A stretch of DNA of 59,051 bases from Thermoplasmatota archaeon (GCA_035687045.1 DASRYU010000050.1:1-59051); one strand, 5' to 3'. Counted from the stretch's first letter, positions 1-9,523 are shown. The notes: generated from the sequence alone by a model not told the origin. Translations and numbers: made by a program.

Positions 1-70
1 GAGTTCCTGGTGCCGAGTTCCTGGTGCCGAGTTCCTGGTGCCGAGTTCCTGGTGCCGAGTTCTCTGGCGA
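1..70. repeat. Tandem 14-bp repeat array, unit GAGTTCCTGGTGCC: 4 perfect copies (1-56) plus a degenerate fifth (57-70). Cut by the window edge.
   Basis: Direct reading of bases 1-70. Strict period 14, head-to-tail, no spacers. Confidence 0.9.
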
Positions 71-92
71 GAGGCGGACGAGGCCCGGCACG

Positions 93-114
93 TTAGTGAA
101 TGGTCATTCACTAA
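93..114. repeat. Perfect 22-bp AT-rich palindrome TTAGTGAATG-GT-CATTCACTAA (10-bp arms, 2-nt centre)
   Basis: Read directly. The reverse complement of 93-102 equals 105-114. It stands out as AT-rich in a ~70% GC background and lies between the two repeat arrays. Confidence 0.85.
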
Positions 115-184
115 TTCCTCCGCGCGTCCTCCGCGCGCTCCGCGCTCTCCGCGGTGAGCGGCGCGTGGCGACCCACAACGGAGA

Positions 185-247
185 GGCACTCGGCACTCGG
201 CACTCGGCACTTGGCACTCGGCACTCGGCACTCGGCACTCGGCACTT
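185..247. repeat. Tandem heptamer array (GGCACTC) x9; two copies are GGCACTT.
   Basis: Direct reading. The unit is the reverse complement of GAGTGCC, which is the 14-mer unit of array 1-70 minus its internal 7 nt, so the two arrays are inverted relative to each other. The array ends 2 nt from the stop codon of the YHS gene. Confidence 0.9.
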
Positions 248-249
248 CG

Positions 250-462
250 TCAGTGCATGTGGTGCGCGCCGCCGCCTCCGGAGAGGAACTTCGCCGGCTC
301 CTTGTCGAACTTCGCCTTGCAGCCGGCCGAGCAGAAGTAGTAGGTCTGCCCCTCGTGGTCGCTCTTGCCCGCGGCGCGCGCGGGGTCCACCTTCATGTGG
401 CAGACGGGGTCCGTGTGGCCGCCGGGGGGCGTCGCGGGTCGGATCTTGTCGAGGAAGCCCAT
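250..462 (-). CDS. YHS/TRASH-domain small metal-binding protein (copper chaperone-like), 70 aa
   Basis: - Motif: CHMKV...[15 protein letters not shown], typical of the YHS/TRASH metal-binding fold.
- C-terminal GGGGAHHMH tail.
- High GC3.
- Divergent from a P1B ATPase. Confidence 0.8.
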   Translation of the reverse strand: MGFLDKIRPATPPGGHTDPVCHMKVDPARAAGKSDHEGQTYYFCSAGCKAKFDKEPAKFLSGGGGAHHMH

Positions 463-559
463 GGTGTCCAGCGGGACGAATCGCGTCCCGGTTCATGCCC
501 CCATCGCTTCGCGGACGGCAAGCGCTCATCTCTTGAACGAGGAGCGCTTCCCGCTGACC

Positions 560-2776
560 GTGGTCACGTACACGTGCCCGATGGACCCCGAGGTGCGCCA
601 GGAGGGTCCCGGCGACTGCCCCGTCTGCGGCATGGCGCTGGAGCCCCTCGCTCCCGCCGCGCCCCTCACCAAGCGCGTCTGGACCTGCCCGATGCACCCG
701 GAGGTCGTGCAGGACGCCCCCGGCGACTGCCCGAAGTGCGGCATGGCGCTCGAGCCGCAGGACGTTCTGGAGGAGGAGCCCGCCGACCCCGAGCTCGTCT
801 CGATGACGCGCCGCTTCTGGGTGAGCGCCGTCCTGTCGGCGCCGCTCCTGGTGCTCGCGATGGGGGAGATGGTCGGCTTCATGCCCATCGACATGCGCAC
901 GATGGCGTGGCTGGGCCTCGCGCTCGCGCTCCCCGTCTGCACGTGGGCGGCGTGGCCGTTCTACGTGCGCGGCGTGAAGAGCGTCAAGAACCGCTCGCTC
1001 AACATGTTCACGCTCATCGCCATCGGCGTGAGCGTCGCGTTCGGCTACAGCATCGTCGCGACGCTCGCGCCGCAGATCTTCCCCGCCGGCTTCCGCGACG
1101 CGCACGGCGCCGTCGGCGTCTACTACGAGGCGGCGGCGGTCATCACGACGCTCGTCCTTCTCGGCCAGGTCCTCGAGCTTCGCGCGCGCCACCGGACGGG
1201 CGCCGCCATCCGCGCGCTCCTCGGCCTCGCGCCCAAGACCGCGCGGCGCGTGCGCCCGGACGGGACGGAGGAGGACGTGCCCCTCTCCGAGGTCTACCGC
1301 GGCGACACGCTGCGCGTGCGGCCGGGCGAGAAGGTGCCGGTGGACGGCGTCGTCCTCGAGGGCAAGAGCAGCGTCGACGAGTCGATGGTCACGGGCGAGT
1401 CCATCCCCGTCGAGAAGGCGGCCGGCGACAAGGTCATCGGCGCCACCGTCAACGGCACCGGCACGCTCCTCGTGCGCGCCGAGCGCGTGGGCCAGGAGTC
1501 GCTCCTCGCGCAGATCGTGCACATGGTCGCGCAGGCGCAGCGCAGCCGCGCGCCCATCCAGCGCCTCGCGGACGTCGTGAGCGGCTGGTTCGTGCCCGCG
1601 GTCGTCCTCATCGCCGTCCTCACGTTCGCCGCGTGGGCCGTCTGGGGCCCGCAGCCTTCCCTCGCGTACGCGACGATCAACGCCGTCGCGGTCCTCATCA
1701 TCGCGTGCCCGTGCGCGCTCGGCCTCGCGACGCCCATGAGCATCATGGTCGCCGCGGGGAAGGGCGCCAGCGCCGGCGTGCTGTTCAAGAACGCCGAGGC
1801 GATCGAGCAGCTCCGCAAGGTCGACACGCTCGTCGTGGACAAGACCGGCACGCTCACCGAGGGGAAGCCGCGCCTCATGACCGTGCGCGCGCTCCCAGGC
1901 TTCGACGAGAGCGACGTGCTCGGCCTCGCGGCGAGCGTCGAGCGCGGCAGCGAGCACCCGCTCGCGGCGGCCATCGTCGCGGGCGCGCAGGAGCGGGGCG
2001 TGCGCGTCGAGAAGGCGACCGACTTCGTCTCCGTCACGGGACAGGGTGTGGGCGCCAAGGTGGGCGCCCGCGAGGCGGCGCTTGGCAACGCGAAGCTCAT
2101 GGAGGCGCTCGAGGTCGACGTGTCGCCGCTCGCCGCGGAGGTCGACGCGCTGCGCCGCGAGGGGCAGACCGTCGTGTACGTCGCCGTCGAGGGCAAGCTC
2201 GCCGGCATCGTCGGCGTCGCCGATCCGATCAAGGCGTCCACGCCGGAGGCCATCCGCGAGCTGCGCGCCGACGGCATCCGCGTCGTCATGCTCACCGGCG
2301 ACAACGCCACCACCGCGAACGCCGTCGCGAAGCGCCTGGGCATCGACGAGGTCGTCGCCGACGTGCTGCCGCAGGACAAGGCGGAGGTCGTGAAGCGGCT
2401 GCAGGGCGAAGGCCGCTTCGTCGCCATGGCGGGCGACGGCGTCAACGACGCGCCGGCGCTCGCGCAGGCGCAGGTCGGCATCGCCATGGGCACCGGCACG
2501 GACGTCGCGATGGAGTCCGCCGGCGTGACGCTCGTGAAGGGCGACCTCCGCGGCATCCTGCGCAGCCGAAAGCTCAGCCGCGCGACGATGCGCAACATCC
2601 GGCAGAACCTCTTCTTCGCGCTCGTCTACAACGCGCTCGGCGTCCCCATCGCCGCGGGCGTCCTCTACCCGTTCCTCGGGATCCTGCTGAGCCCCATGAT
2701 CGCGGCCGCGGCGATGAGCCTGAGCTCGGTGAGCGTCATCGGGAACTCGCTGCGCCTGCGCGGCGTGGAGCTCTGA
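560..2776 (+). CDS. copA: Copper-translocating P1B-type ATPase (738 aa from GTG 560)
   Basis: - ORF 365..2776 carries TGES (VTGES), CPC ([13 protein letters not shown]), DKTGT, HP (SEHPLAAA) and GDGVNDAP.
- Two N-terminal CPM(D/H)PEV...GDCPxCGM modules.
- Start is uncertain. In-frame TTG 365 and ATG 461 overlap the divergent YHS gene.
- GTG 560 lies 22 nt after an AT-rich box (ATCTCTTGAA) and just before the first metal module. TTG 533 is an alternative. Confidence 0.9.
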   Translation: MVTYTCPMDPEVRQEGPGDCPVCGMALEPLAPAAPLTKRVWTCPMHPEVVQDAPGDCPKCGMALEPQDVLEEEPADPELVSMTRRFWVSAVLSAPLLVLAMGEMVGFMPIDMRTMAWLGLALALPVCTWAAWPFYVRGVKSVKNRSLNMFTLIAIGVSVAFGYSIVATLAPQIFPAGFRDAHGAVGVYYEAAAVITTLVLLGQVLELRARHRTGAAIRALLGLAPKTARRVRPDGTEEDVPLSEVYRGDTLRVRPGEKVPVDGVVLEGKSSVDESMVTGESIPVEKAAGDKVIGATVNGTGTLLVRAERVGQESLLAQIVHMVAQAQRSRAPIQRLADVVSGWFVPAVVLIAVLTFAAWAVWGPQPSLAYATINAVAVLIIACPCALGLATPMSIMVAAGKGASAGVLFKNAEAIEQLRKVDTLVVDKTGTLTEGKPRLMTVRALPGFDESDVLGLAASVERGSEHPLAAAIVAGAQERGVRVEKATDFVSVTGQGVGAKVGAREAALGNAKLMEALEVDVSPLAAEVDALRREGQTVVYVAVEGKLAGIVGVADPIKASTPEAIRELRADGIRVVMLTGDNATTANAVAKRLGIDEVVADVLPQDKAEVVKRLQGEGRFVAMAGDGVNDAPALAQAQVGIAMGTGTDVAMESAGVTLVKGDLRGILRSRKLSRATMRNIRQNLFFALVYNALGVPIAAGVLYPFLGILLSPMIAAAAMSLSSVSVIGNSLRLRGVEL

Positions 2777-2882
2777 CGAACGAACGCCGAAGCGCGCCCG
2801 GTCGCTCCGCCATCGTGCGCCTGAGCAGCGAAAAGGCTCAAGAGCGCGCGTCGGGACAGCGGCCCGGAGCGAGCGAGCGCTC

Positions 2883-4613
2883 ATGAGCCAGCGAGGGAGA
2901 CCCCAGCCTGCACTACGACCGGATGAGGACCACGGCGCGCTCACGACGGCGCCGCTCCTCGCGCGGGACGGGAACTTCCAGCGCGTCGTCGACTCCATCC
3001 ACGACTACGCCATCTTCACCCTCGACCGCGACGGGATCGTCGCCTCCTGGAACGCAGGCGCGGAGCGCATCAAGGGGTGGCGCGCCGAGGAGATCATCGG
3101 TCGGCCGTTCCGCGCGCTCTTCATGGAGGACGATCAGCGTTCCTCGAAGCCGGAGGCCGAGATCGAGCATGCGCGCGTTCACGGGCGCTACGACGGCGAA
3201 GGCTGGCGCCGCCGCAAGGACGGCTCGCGGTTCTGGGCCGGCGTCACGCTCACCTCGCTCTACGACGAGGGCGGCGACGTCGTCGGCTTCGTCAAGGTCA
3301 CGCGCGATCTCTCCGCGCGCCTGCGCGCGGAGCAGCTGCTGCGAGCACGCGCCCGCATGCAGGAGAGCGTGAACAGGCTCGGCCTCCACGCGCTGGGCGG
3401 GAAGCCGTTCGACCAGCTCATCGAGCGCGCGTCGCGCGCCGTCGCGCTCGCCTGCGACGCGGACTATGCGGTCGTGATGGAGTACCTGCAGCAGGACGAC
3501 TACTTCGTGCTGCGCGCGGGCTACGGGTGGGAGCGAGGCTTCGTCGCGAGCGACAAGCGGGTGAAAGGCGGTCGCGACAGCGTCGCAGGCTACGTGATGG
3601 AGTCGCAGGAGCCCATCCTCATCGACGATCTCGAGTGGGAGACACGCTTCCCGCCGCCGTCCTACCTGCACGACCACGAGGTGCGCTCCGGCATCGCGGC
3701 GCCCATCCAGAACGGGGACCCGGCCTACGGCGTCGTCGCCGTCTACTCGCGCACGCCTCGCGCGTTCACCGCGGACGAGGTCCACTTCGTGCAGAGCGTC
3801 GCGAACATCCTCCAGCTCGCCCTCGAGCGGGAGCGCCATGAGCAGGAGATGCGCACGATGAACGAGCAGCTCGAGCAGCGCGTCGCGGGCCGCACGCGCG
3901 ACCTGCAGCGCGCGAACGACGAGCTCGAGGCGTTCACGTACGTGGTCTCGCACGACCTCAAGGAACCCGTGCGCGCCATCCTCGCCTACCTCTCGAGCGC
4001 CGAAGCCGACCTCGCCAACAAGGACCTCGCGCGCAAGCACCTCGTCCACGCGGAGAAGACGGCGCAACACCTGGGAACGCTCCTGCAGGGGCTCCTCGAG
4101 TGGAGCCGCCTCGCGGTGGGGGCGAACGACCTCGAGCCGGTGAGCATCCCCGCCATCATGCGCGAGCCGCACTGCCACGTGCAGTGGGACAACCTCCTCG
4201 ACGAGCGCGGGGGCACGATCCACGTCGACGAGGACCTCCCGCCCGTGCTCGGGACGCCGGCCATCGTCTGCCAGGTCGTCGGGAACCTTGTCGTCAACGC
4301 GATCAAGCACAACCCGCGCCCGCACCCGACCGTGGACGTGAAGTACGTGCGCACGACCGAGGACGGCCGCGTCGAGATCGTCGTCGACGACTCGGGCCCG
4401 GGCTTCCCGGACGGCATCATCGAGCGCGTCGAGCGCCTTCGGACGGGGCGCCCGTCCACGATCCGCGGCGGCTTCGGCCTCGCGCTCACCGCGCGCGCCA
4501 TCGAGAAGCTCGGCGGCGAGATGCATCTTGCGCGGACGGAGTCGGGCTCCGGCCGCGTCCGGCTCTTCTTCCGCGCCGTCAGCGGCGGAGCCGACGCAGC
4601 AGGTTCGACGTGA
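2883..4613 (+). CDS. PAS-GAF sensor histidine kinase (576 aa)
   Basis: - PAS-like N-terminus (WNAGAERIKGWRAEEIIGRPF).
- Central GAF-like region.
- H-box FTYVVSHDLKEPVRAI.
- HATPase_c motifs (VVNAIKH, DSGPGFP, GGFGLAL).
- The 3' end overlaps the convergent aldehyde dehydrogenase gene by 35 nt. Confidence 0.85.
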   Translation: MSQRGRPQPALRPDEDHGALTTAPLLARDGNFQRVVDSIHDYAIFTLDRDGIVASWNAGAERIKGWRAEEIIGRPFRALFMEDDQRSSKPEAEIEHARVHGRYDGEGWRRRKDGSRFWAGVTLTSLYDEGGDVVGFVKVTRDLSARLRAEQLLRARARMQESVNRLGLHALGGKPFDQLIERASRAVALACDADYAVVMEYLQQDDYFVLRAGYGWERGFVASDKRVKGGRDSVAGYVMESQEPILIDDLEWETRFPPPSYLHDHEVRSGIAAPIQNGDPAYGVVAVYSRTPRAFTADEVHFVQSVANILQLALERERHEQEMRTMNEQLEQRVAGRTRDLQRANDELEAFTYVVSHDLKEPVRAILAYLSSAEADLANKDLARKHLVHAEKTAQHLGTLLQGLLEWSRLAVGANDLEPVSIPAIMREPHCHVQWDNLLDERGGTIHVDEDLPPVLGTPAIVCQVVGNLVVNAIKHNPRPHPTVDVKYVRTTEDGRVEIVVDDSGPGFPDGIIERVERLRTGRPSTIRGGFGLALTARAIEKLGGEMHLARTESGSGRVRLFFRAVSGGADAAGST

Positions 4614-6120
4614 GCCCCGCGCCCACGCGCGCCTTGTCCTTCGCGCTCCCGTAGAGGAAGCGCGCGCCGTCCATGAACGTGTCCCGCAGCTGCGGGCCGT
4701 ACGGGAACCACCACACGCTGGGCGCGCGCGGCGGCACGACGTTCACGTGGCGCGTGCGCGTCATCTCCAGGAGCCCCTCGTCGCCGTGCGTGCGCCCGTG
4801 GCCGCTGGCTTTCACGCCTCCCCACGGCGTCTCGCTCGCGGCGAAGGTGTAGGCGTGGTCGTTCACCGAGGCCGTGCCCGCCTCAAGCCGCCGCGCGATC
4901 GCCTCCCCCTTCGCCGCATCGCTCGTCCAGACGGAGGCGGTGAGCCCGAAGCGCGTGCCGTTGGCGAGGCGGATGGCCTCGTCGACGTCGTCGAAGGGCA
5001 CGATGGGAAGGATGGGGCCGAAGCACTCCTCCGTGAGGAGTCGCGCGTCGGGCGGGAGGTCGACGACGACCGTCGGCTCGAACACCTGCTTCCCCACGTC
5101 CGGCCGCGCGCGCCCGCCGCAGAGGACGCGCGCGCCGCGCTTGCGGGCATCTGCGACGAACGCCTCCATCTCGGCGACGCTGCGCGGGTCGGTGAGCGCG
5201 CCGACCTCCGTCGTCGGCTCCATCGGGTCGCCCAGGCGCAGCGCGCTCGCGCGCTTCACGACCTCCGCCACGAAGGCGTCGTGGATGCTGCGGTGCACGT
5301 ACACGCGCTTGATGGCGGCGCACGTCTGGCCGGCGTTCGTGAAGCGTCCCCACACGATGCCGCGCGCGGCGTGCTCCGGCGCGTCCGCCAGAACGATGGC
5401 CGGGTCGCTTCCGCCAAGCTCCATCGTGCTCCGCACGCCGCGCCCGACGAGCGCGCGCTCCACCTCGCGCCCCACCTCGACGCTCCCGGTGAAGACGAGG
5501 TGGTCGATGGGCGCCTCGATGAGCGCCTGCCCCGCCTCCTTCCCGCTGCCGGGCGCGACGAGGAGCACGTCCTCGGGCACGCCCGCGCGCGTCATGAGCT
5601 CGCGAACCTTGAGCGCCGTGAGCGGCGTGGAGCTCGCGGGCTTGAGCACGACGGAGTTCCCGGCCGCGAGCGCGAAGACGACGTTGCCCGTCGCGATGGC
5701 GAGCGGGTAGTTCCACGGGCTGATGATGCCGACGACACCGAGCGGCGCGCGCTCGAGGTGGCTCACGCGCCCGAGGAATAGCGGGTTCGAGAGGCGCAGC
5801 CGCCGCGGGCGCAGCACCCGCTCCGCGTTCGCGGCGACCCACTTCGTCGCGTCAAGCGCCGCGAGGACGTCGACGCCGAGCGCCTCGACGAACGGCTTCC
5901 CCGTCTCCTGCGTCACGAGCCGCGCGACCGCCTCGCGCTCCTCGAGAAGGGCCTGCTGGAAGCGCCGCAGGAGCTCCGCGCGCTCGGCGAGCGTGCGCGC
6001 GGCCCACGCCGGCTGCGCCGCCCGCGCGCGCTCGACGGCCGCGAAGACCTCCGCGCGCGTGAAGGACGGCGCCTCCCCGACGGGCTTGCCGGTGAAGGGG
6101 CTCGTGACGGCGATGGGCAT
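4579..6120 (-). CDS. NAD(P)-dependent aldehyde dehydrogenase family protein (513 aa)
   Basis: Aldedh family signatures: FTGS.EVGR, ELGGSDP, catalytic Cys context NAGQTCAA, and EECFGP near the C-terminus. Confidence 0.9.
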   Translation of the reverse strand: MPIAVTSPFTGKPVGEAPSFTRAEVFAAVERARAAQPAWAARTLAERAELLRRFQQALLEEREAVARLVTQETGKPFVEALGVDVLAALDATKWVAANAERVLRPRRLRLSNPLFLGRVSHLERAPLGVVGIISPWNYPLAIATGNVVFALAAGNSVVLKPASSTPLTALKVRELMTRAGVPEDVLLVAPGSGKEAGQALIEAPIDHLVFTGSVEVGREVERALVGRGVRSTMELGGSDPAIVLADAPEHAARGIVWGRFTNAGQTCAAIKRVYVHRSIHDAFVAEVVKRASALRLGDPMEPTTEVGALTDPRSVAEMEAFVADARKRGARVLCGGRARPDVGKQVFEPTVVVDLPPDARLLTEECFGPILPIVPFDDVDEAIRLANGTRFGLTASVWTSDAAKGEAIARRLEAGTASVNDHAYTFAASETPWGGVKASGHGRTHGDEGLLEMTRTRHVNVVPPRAPSVWWFPYGPQLRDTFMDGARFLYGSAKDKARVGAGLTSNLLRRLRR

Positions 6121-6143
6121 GCCCCTCGACCTGGCGCTCGCGA

Positions 6144-6153
6144 GGATAAAGCC
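6144..6153 (-). promoter_or_regulatory. TATA-like box GGCTTTATCC, 23 nt upstream of the aldehyde dehydrogenase ATG (leaderless geometry)
   Basis: The minus strand reads GGCTTTATCC-N23-ATG. It is the only AT-rich element in the 46-nt intergenic region. Confidence 0.5.
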
Positions 6154-6166
6154 TTGGGGAGCCGCC

Positions 6167-6541
6167 TCACGCGACGACGGGGTGCGTCTCGGACATGAGC
6201 AGGGCGCCGCCGACGATGCCCAGCGCGCCCGCGAGGAGGTTGCCGCCGACCGCGCTCACGATGCCGCCGACGAGCACCCACATCGCGCCGGAGCGCGCCT
6301 CGGCCGGGCGGCGCACGCGCGGCGCTCCCACGAGCATGAGGACGCCGCCCACGAGGCCGAACATGAGCATCCATGCGAAGAAGAGCGCCATGAAGCCGAG
6401 GGGCGCCGCGCCTCCGCCTCCGATCATGCCGACGGAGAAGCCGAACATCGCCATCATCATGAGGCCCATCATGAGGGCGCTCGCGATGGAGAGGACGCCG
6501 CCGATGAGCGAGAGGATGAAGCAGAGCTCCCTGCGGTCCAT
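6167..6541 (-). CDS. Small polytopic membrane protein, unknown function (124 aa)
   Basis: Four hydrophobic Gly/Met/Leu-rich segments, high GC3. No family recognised. Confidence 0.5.
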   Translation of the reverse strand: MDRRELCFILSLIGGVLSIASALMMGLMMMAMFGFSVGMIGGGGAAPLGFMALFFAWMLMFGLVGGVLMLVGAPRVRRPAEARSGAMWVLVGGIVSAVGGNLLAGALGIVGGALLMSETHPVVA

Positions 6542-6583
6542 GCGGAGCGGACGCGCGGCGCAGCGTTTCGCCTTTGCGCCCGC

Positions 6584-9454
6584 CTAGTTCCAGAACTGGC
6601 GCGTCTTCGCGTACGTGATCTCCGCTTCCATGATGGCGCGCAGGAACGCGTCGTGCCCCTCCGACTGCTTCGCGAGGATGCGCCCAGCGGTCTCGGGGCC
6701 GACGCCGCGCGCCGCGAGCGCCAGGAGCGCGCGCTCGCCGTGGTCCATGAAGAGGTTCGCGCTCGTGGCGAGCTTCGCGAGCTCCTTGCGCTCCTCGTCG
6801 TTGAGCTTCGCGTCCTTCGCGCGCATCATGACCTTCGCGCCGAGCTCGTTCCACGGTCGGGTGATGCCCAGGAGCATCCCGCCGCACTTGGGGCACTGGC
6901 GCGACTTCGCGGCGCGCTTGACGCGCGTCTCGCTCTTCCACGCGCGGCAGTTGAGGCAGCCGAGGAGCACGCGCTCGTCCTGGAGGCGCTGCTCGATGGC
7001 CGCGAGGAGCGTCTTGTCGGCGCGCGCGGGCGAGATGAGCTCGATGCGGCGGTCGAGCCCGGCCGCGCCCATGGGGGAGAGCCCCTGCTCGACGAGGGTG
7101 AGGTCGCCCGCGCGAAGCCGCCGCAGCACGTCCTGCGCGCGCGGGATGTCGAGCTTGTCCTCGAAGACCTCGCGCAGCGCCTCGCGGTGGAGCGGCGTGT
7201 CGCGGAACACGTCGAGGAGGCGCCCGACGTTCACGCGCTGGTAGTCGATCTGGCGCTCGAGGGCGCCGAACTTGCGCGCGCTGTGGAAGAGGCGGTACTT
7301 GAGGTACGTCGAGCCCTGGAGCACGAGGCCGAGGAGGGTGGGCACGTGGTCGGGCTCGATGGCCATGAGCACCTCGCGCACCGTCTCGTGCCGCACGCGC
7401 GTCGGGAGCGTGAGGACGATGCGGTACGGGTCGACGTCGAGGCCCACGGACGAGCCCAGGCGCGCGGTGAGGAGACTCGCGAGGATGCGCCCGAGCGTCT
7501 CGTTCACCTGCGTGCCGAAGCACGCGTGCAGCACGCACGTCGCGTTCGAGAGGTCCAGGCAGAGCTGCGTGTCCGTCGGGAGCGCGTACTGCCCCTGCTC
7601 CTCCACGTACTCCACGAGCGACCACGCCGCGTCCTTGTCCGTGTTGTACTCGCGCGCCACGTACTCCGCCGCGGCCTCCTCCCCCTGCGCCTCGACGATG
7701 TGGCGGATCGTGCGCCGCAGCGCCCCGACGCCCTGCGCGACGTCGTAGGGCACGGGGATCTCCTCGCCGATCCACGAGGGGATGGCGCCCGAGGGGTCCT
7801 TGATGGGCTCGACGCGCACCTCGAGCTTCTCCTGGTCGATCTCCGCGATGCGCCACGGGTGCCCCTGCACGATGAACACGGCGCCAGGCTCCGCGAAGCT
7901 CGCGATGAACCCCTCGGAGAGCGTGGCGACGCTGCGGCGCGTGACGAGGTTCACGACGCGGTACGTCTGCTCGTCCGGGATCATCGAGATGTTCTGGTAG
8001 AAGTAGTCGCGCGTGCGCTTCTTCGAGCCGATGACGCCGCTCTCGTAGCGCACGACCCAGAGCGCCGCGAGCTGCTTCACGACCTCCTCGAACTCGGAGA
8101 GCTTGAGGTCGCGGAAGCTGTGCGCGCGCGTGACGGTGCGGTACGCCTCGAGGTCGCCGATCTTCCCGCCCGTGAGCGCCATCGCCGCGACCTGGTTCGC
8201 CAGCACGTCCAGCGGCGCCCGCGGCGAACGCGCGCGCTCCACGCGGTCGTCGAGCGTGTGGCGCACGATGACCGCCGCCTCCGCGACGTCGTCCGGGTCC
8301 TGCGCGATGATGACGCCGTTCGACACGAGGTCGTGCCGGTGGCCGGCGCGGCCCACGCGCTGGACGAGGCGCGTGACCTGGCGCGGGCTCGTCATCTGCA
8401 CGACGAGGTCGGCGTCGCCGATGTCGATGCCGAGCTCCATGGAGCTCGTGCAGATGAGGCCGCGCGCCTGCCCGCTCTTGAACGCCTGCTCCGCGCCGAT
8501 GCGGACGTCGCGCGCGAGCGAGCCGTGGTGCACGACGATGTTGGGCACGTCGTCGCCGCGCTCGCGGAGCATCCGGATGCGAGCGGCGAGCACCTCGGCC
8601 GTCTCGCGCGTGTTGACGAAGAGGAGCGTCTGCTTCTGCTGCGCGATGCGGTCGAGCGCCGCGTGGAGGTACGCCGCCGCCTCGGCGCGCGCCATGATGC
8701 GCTCGGCCATGACGCGGTCGCGCTGCGTGGGCTTGGGCGAGACGACCTGGAGCGAGAGCTGCTTCGCCACCGGCACCTTCGCCACGTGCACGTCGCGGCC
8801 GGAGCCGCCCAGATACGCCGCCACCTCCACGGGGTCGCCGACCGTGGCGGAGAGGCCCACGCGCTGGAACTCGCCCGCGTGGTCCACGAGGCGCTCGAGC
8901 GCGATGGCAAGCTGCGCGCCGCGCTCGTCCGCCGCCAGCTCGTGCACCTCGTCGAGGACGACCCACTGCACCGCCTCGAGGTTCTTGCGCAGGCGCGACC
9001 CCAGGAACATGAGCTGGAGCGTCTCGGGCGTCGTGATGAGGACGTCGGGCGGGTGCCGCGCCTGCCGGTCGCGCTCCGCGGGGGTCGTGTCGCCGTGCCG
9101 CACGCGCACGTCGATGCGCAGCGCCTTGCCCCACTCGTGGAGGCGCCCCATGAGGTCGCGGTTGAGCGCGCGCAGCGGGGTGACGTAGATGAGGCCGATG
9201 CCTTTCGGCCGCGTCGTGTCGCGGCGCGCGCGCAGGAGGAGCGTGAAGAGGGGCAGGATGGCGCTCTCGGTCTTCCCCATGCCCGTGGGCGCCAGAAGAA
9301 GCGTGTGCTTGCCCGCGAGGATGGGGGGGATGGCCGCCTCCTGCGCCGCCGTCGGCTTCGTCCACCCCTCGCGCGCGAGGAGCGCCTGCACCTCGGGGTC
9401 GAGGAGGGCGAATGAGGAGGGCGTCGCGGGCGGCTCCATCTGAGGGATCAGCAT
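6584..9454 (-). CDS. lhr: Lhr-type DEAD/DEAH-box ATP-dependent helicase (Lhr-core-like, 956 aa)
   Basis: - Walker A APTGMGKTE.
- DEVH box (VLDEVHE).
- SAT motif.
- Helicase C motifs (TSSMELGIDIG, QRVGRAGH).
- C-terminal Cys4 ribbon (CLNC...CPKCG).
- A TATA-like box at 9469-9476 fits the second ATG (9439) better than 9454. Confidence 0.85.
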   Translation of the reverse strand: MLIPQMEPPATPSSFALLDPEVQALLAREGWTKPTAAQEAAIPPILAGKHTLLLAPTGMGKTESAILPLFTLLLRARRDTTRPKGIGLIYVTPLRALNRDLMGRLHEWGKALRIDVRVRHGDTTPAERDRQARHPPDVLITTPETLQLMFLGSRLRKNLEAVQWVVLDEVHELAADERGAQLAIALERLVDHAGEFQRVGLSATVGDPVEVAAYLGGSGRDVHVAKVPVAKQLSLQVVSPKPTQRDRVMAERIMARAEAAAYLHAALDRIAQQKQTLLFVNTRETAEVLAARIRMLRERGDDVPNIVVHHGSLARDVRIGAEQAFKSGQARGLICTSSMELGIDIGDADLVVQMTSPRQVTRLVQRVGRAGHRHDLVSNGVIIAQDPDDVAEAAVIVRHTLDDRVERARSPRAPLDVLANQVAAMALTGGKIGDLEAYRTVTRAHSFRDLKLSEFEEVVKQLAALWVVRYESGVIGSKKRTRDYFYQNISMIPDEQTYRVVNLVTRRSVATLSEGFIASFAEPGAVFIVQGHPWRIAEIDQEKLEVRVEPIKDPSGAIPSWIGEEIPVPYDVAQGVGALRRTIRHIVEAQGEEAAAEYVAREYNTDKDAAWSLVEYVEEQGQYALPTDTQLCLDLSNATCVLHACFGTQVNETLGRILASLLTARLGSSVGLDVDPYRIVLTLPTRVRHETVREVLMAIEPDHVPTLLGLVLQGSTYLKYRLFHSARKFGALERQIDYQRVNVGRLLDVFRDTPLHREALREVFEDKLDIPRAQDVLRRLRAGDLTLVEQGLSPMGAAGLDRRIELISPARADKTLLAAIEQRLQDERVLLGCLNCRAWKSETRVKRAAKSRQCPKCGGMLLGITRPWNELGAKVMMRAKDAKLNDEERKELAKLATSANLFMDHGERALLALAARGVGPETAGRILAKQSEGHDAFLRAIMEAEITYAKTRQFWN

Positions 9455-9468
9455 CGGCCGGTCTCGGC

Positions 9469-9476
9469 GATAAAGG
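9469..9476 (-). promoter_or_regulatory. TATA-like box CCTTTATC upstream of the Lhr helicase gene
   Basis: The minus strand reads CCTTTATC-GCC...; 14 nt to ATG 9454 and 29 nt to ATG 9439. Confidence 0.45.
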
Positions 9477-9523
9477 TGCTCGCACGACGCGGCGTCCAGA
9501 GGGTCGCACGGCGCTCCGCGCTA

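Noticed and set aside
1-247. CRISPR array
   Set aside because: The repeats are 14 bp and 7 bp, strictly head-to-tail with no spacers, and no cas genes are present in the window.
1-247. Archaeal replication origin (inverted ORB-like repeats around an AT-rich unwinding element; the 14-mer contains GTTCC as ORB cores do)
   Set aside because: - The AT-rich segment is only 22 bp.
- The repeats are tandem with 7/14-bp periodicity, not dispersed ~20-35-bp ORB boxes.
- No orc1/cdc6 gene is visible.
- The idea cannot be excluded until the sequence left of the window is seen, but the evidence is too weak to claim.
24-536. ORF encoding a repetitive peptide (…ALGTRHSALGTRHSALGTRH…)
   Set aside because: The periodic peptide is simply the translation of the heptamer DNA repeat. 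The ORF also overlaps the well-supported YHS gene on the opposite strand.
365-559. Using TTG 365 or ATG 461 as the copA start
   Set aside because: - Both would make copA overlap the 5' part of the divergently transcribed YHS gene (CATG at 460-463), leaving no promoter space.
- The encoded N-terminal extension has no metal-binding or conserved features.
104-2998. Very long ORFs antisense to, or in alternative frames of, recognisable genes. Examples: 104-2998(-), 154-2886(+), 5723-9415(+), 5913-9593(-), 14445-17183(-), 18027-20039(+), 21474-23594(-) as a single gene, and 41475-43244(+).
   Set aside because: - Stop codons are rare in all frames of ~70% GC DNA.
- The translations are Arg/Ala/Gly/Pro-rich low-complexity sequence with no family motifs.
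- The overlapping frame in each case carries clear conserved domains and a high-GC3 signature.
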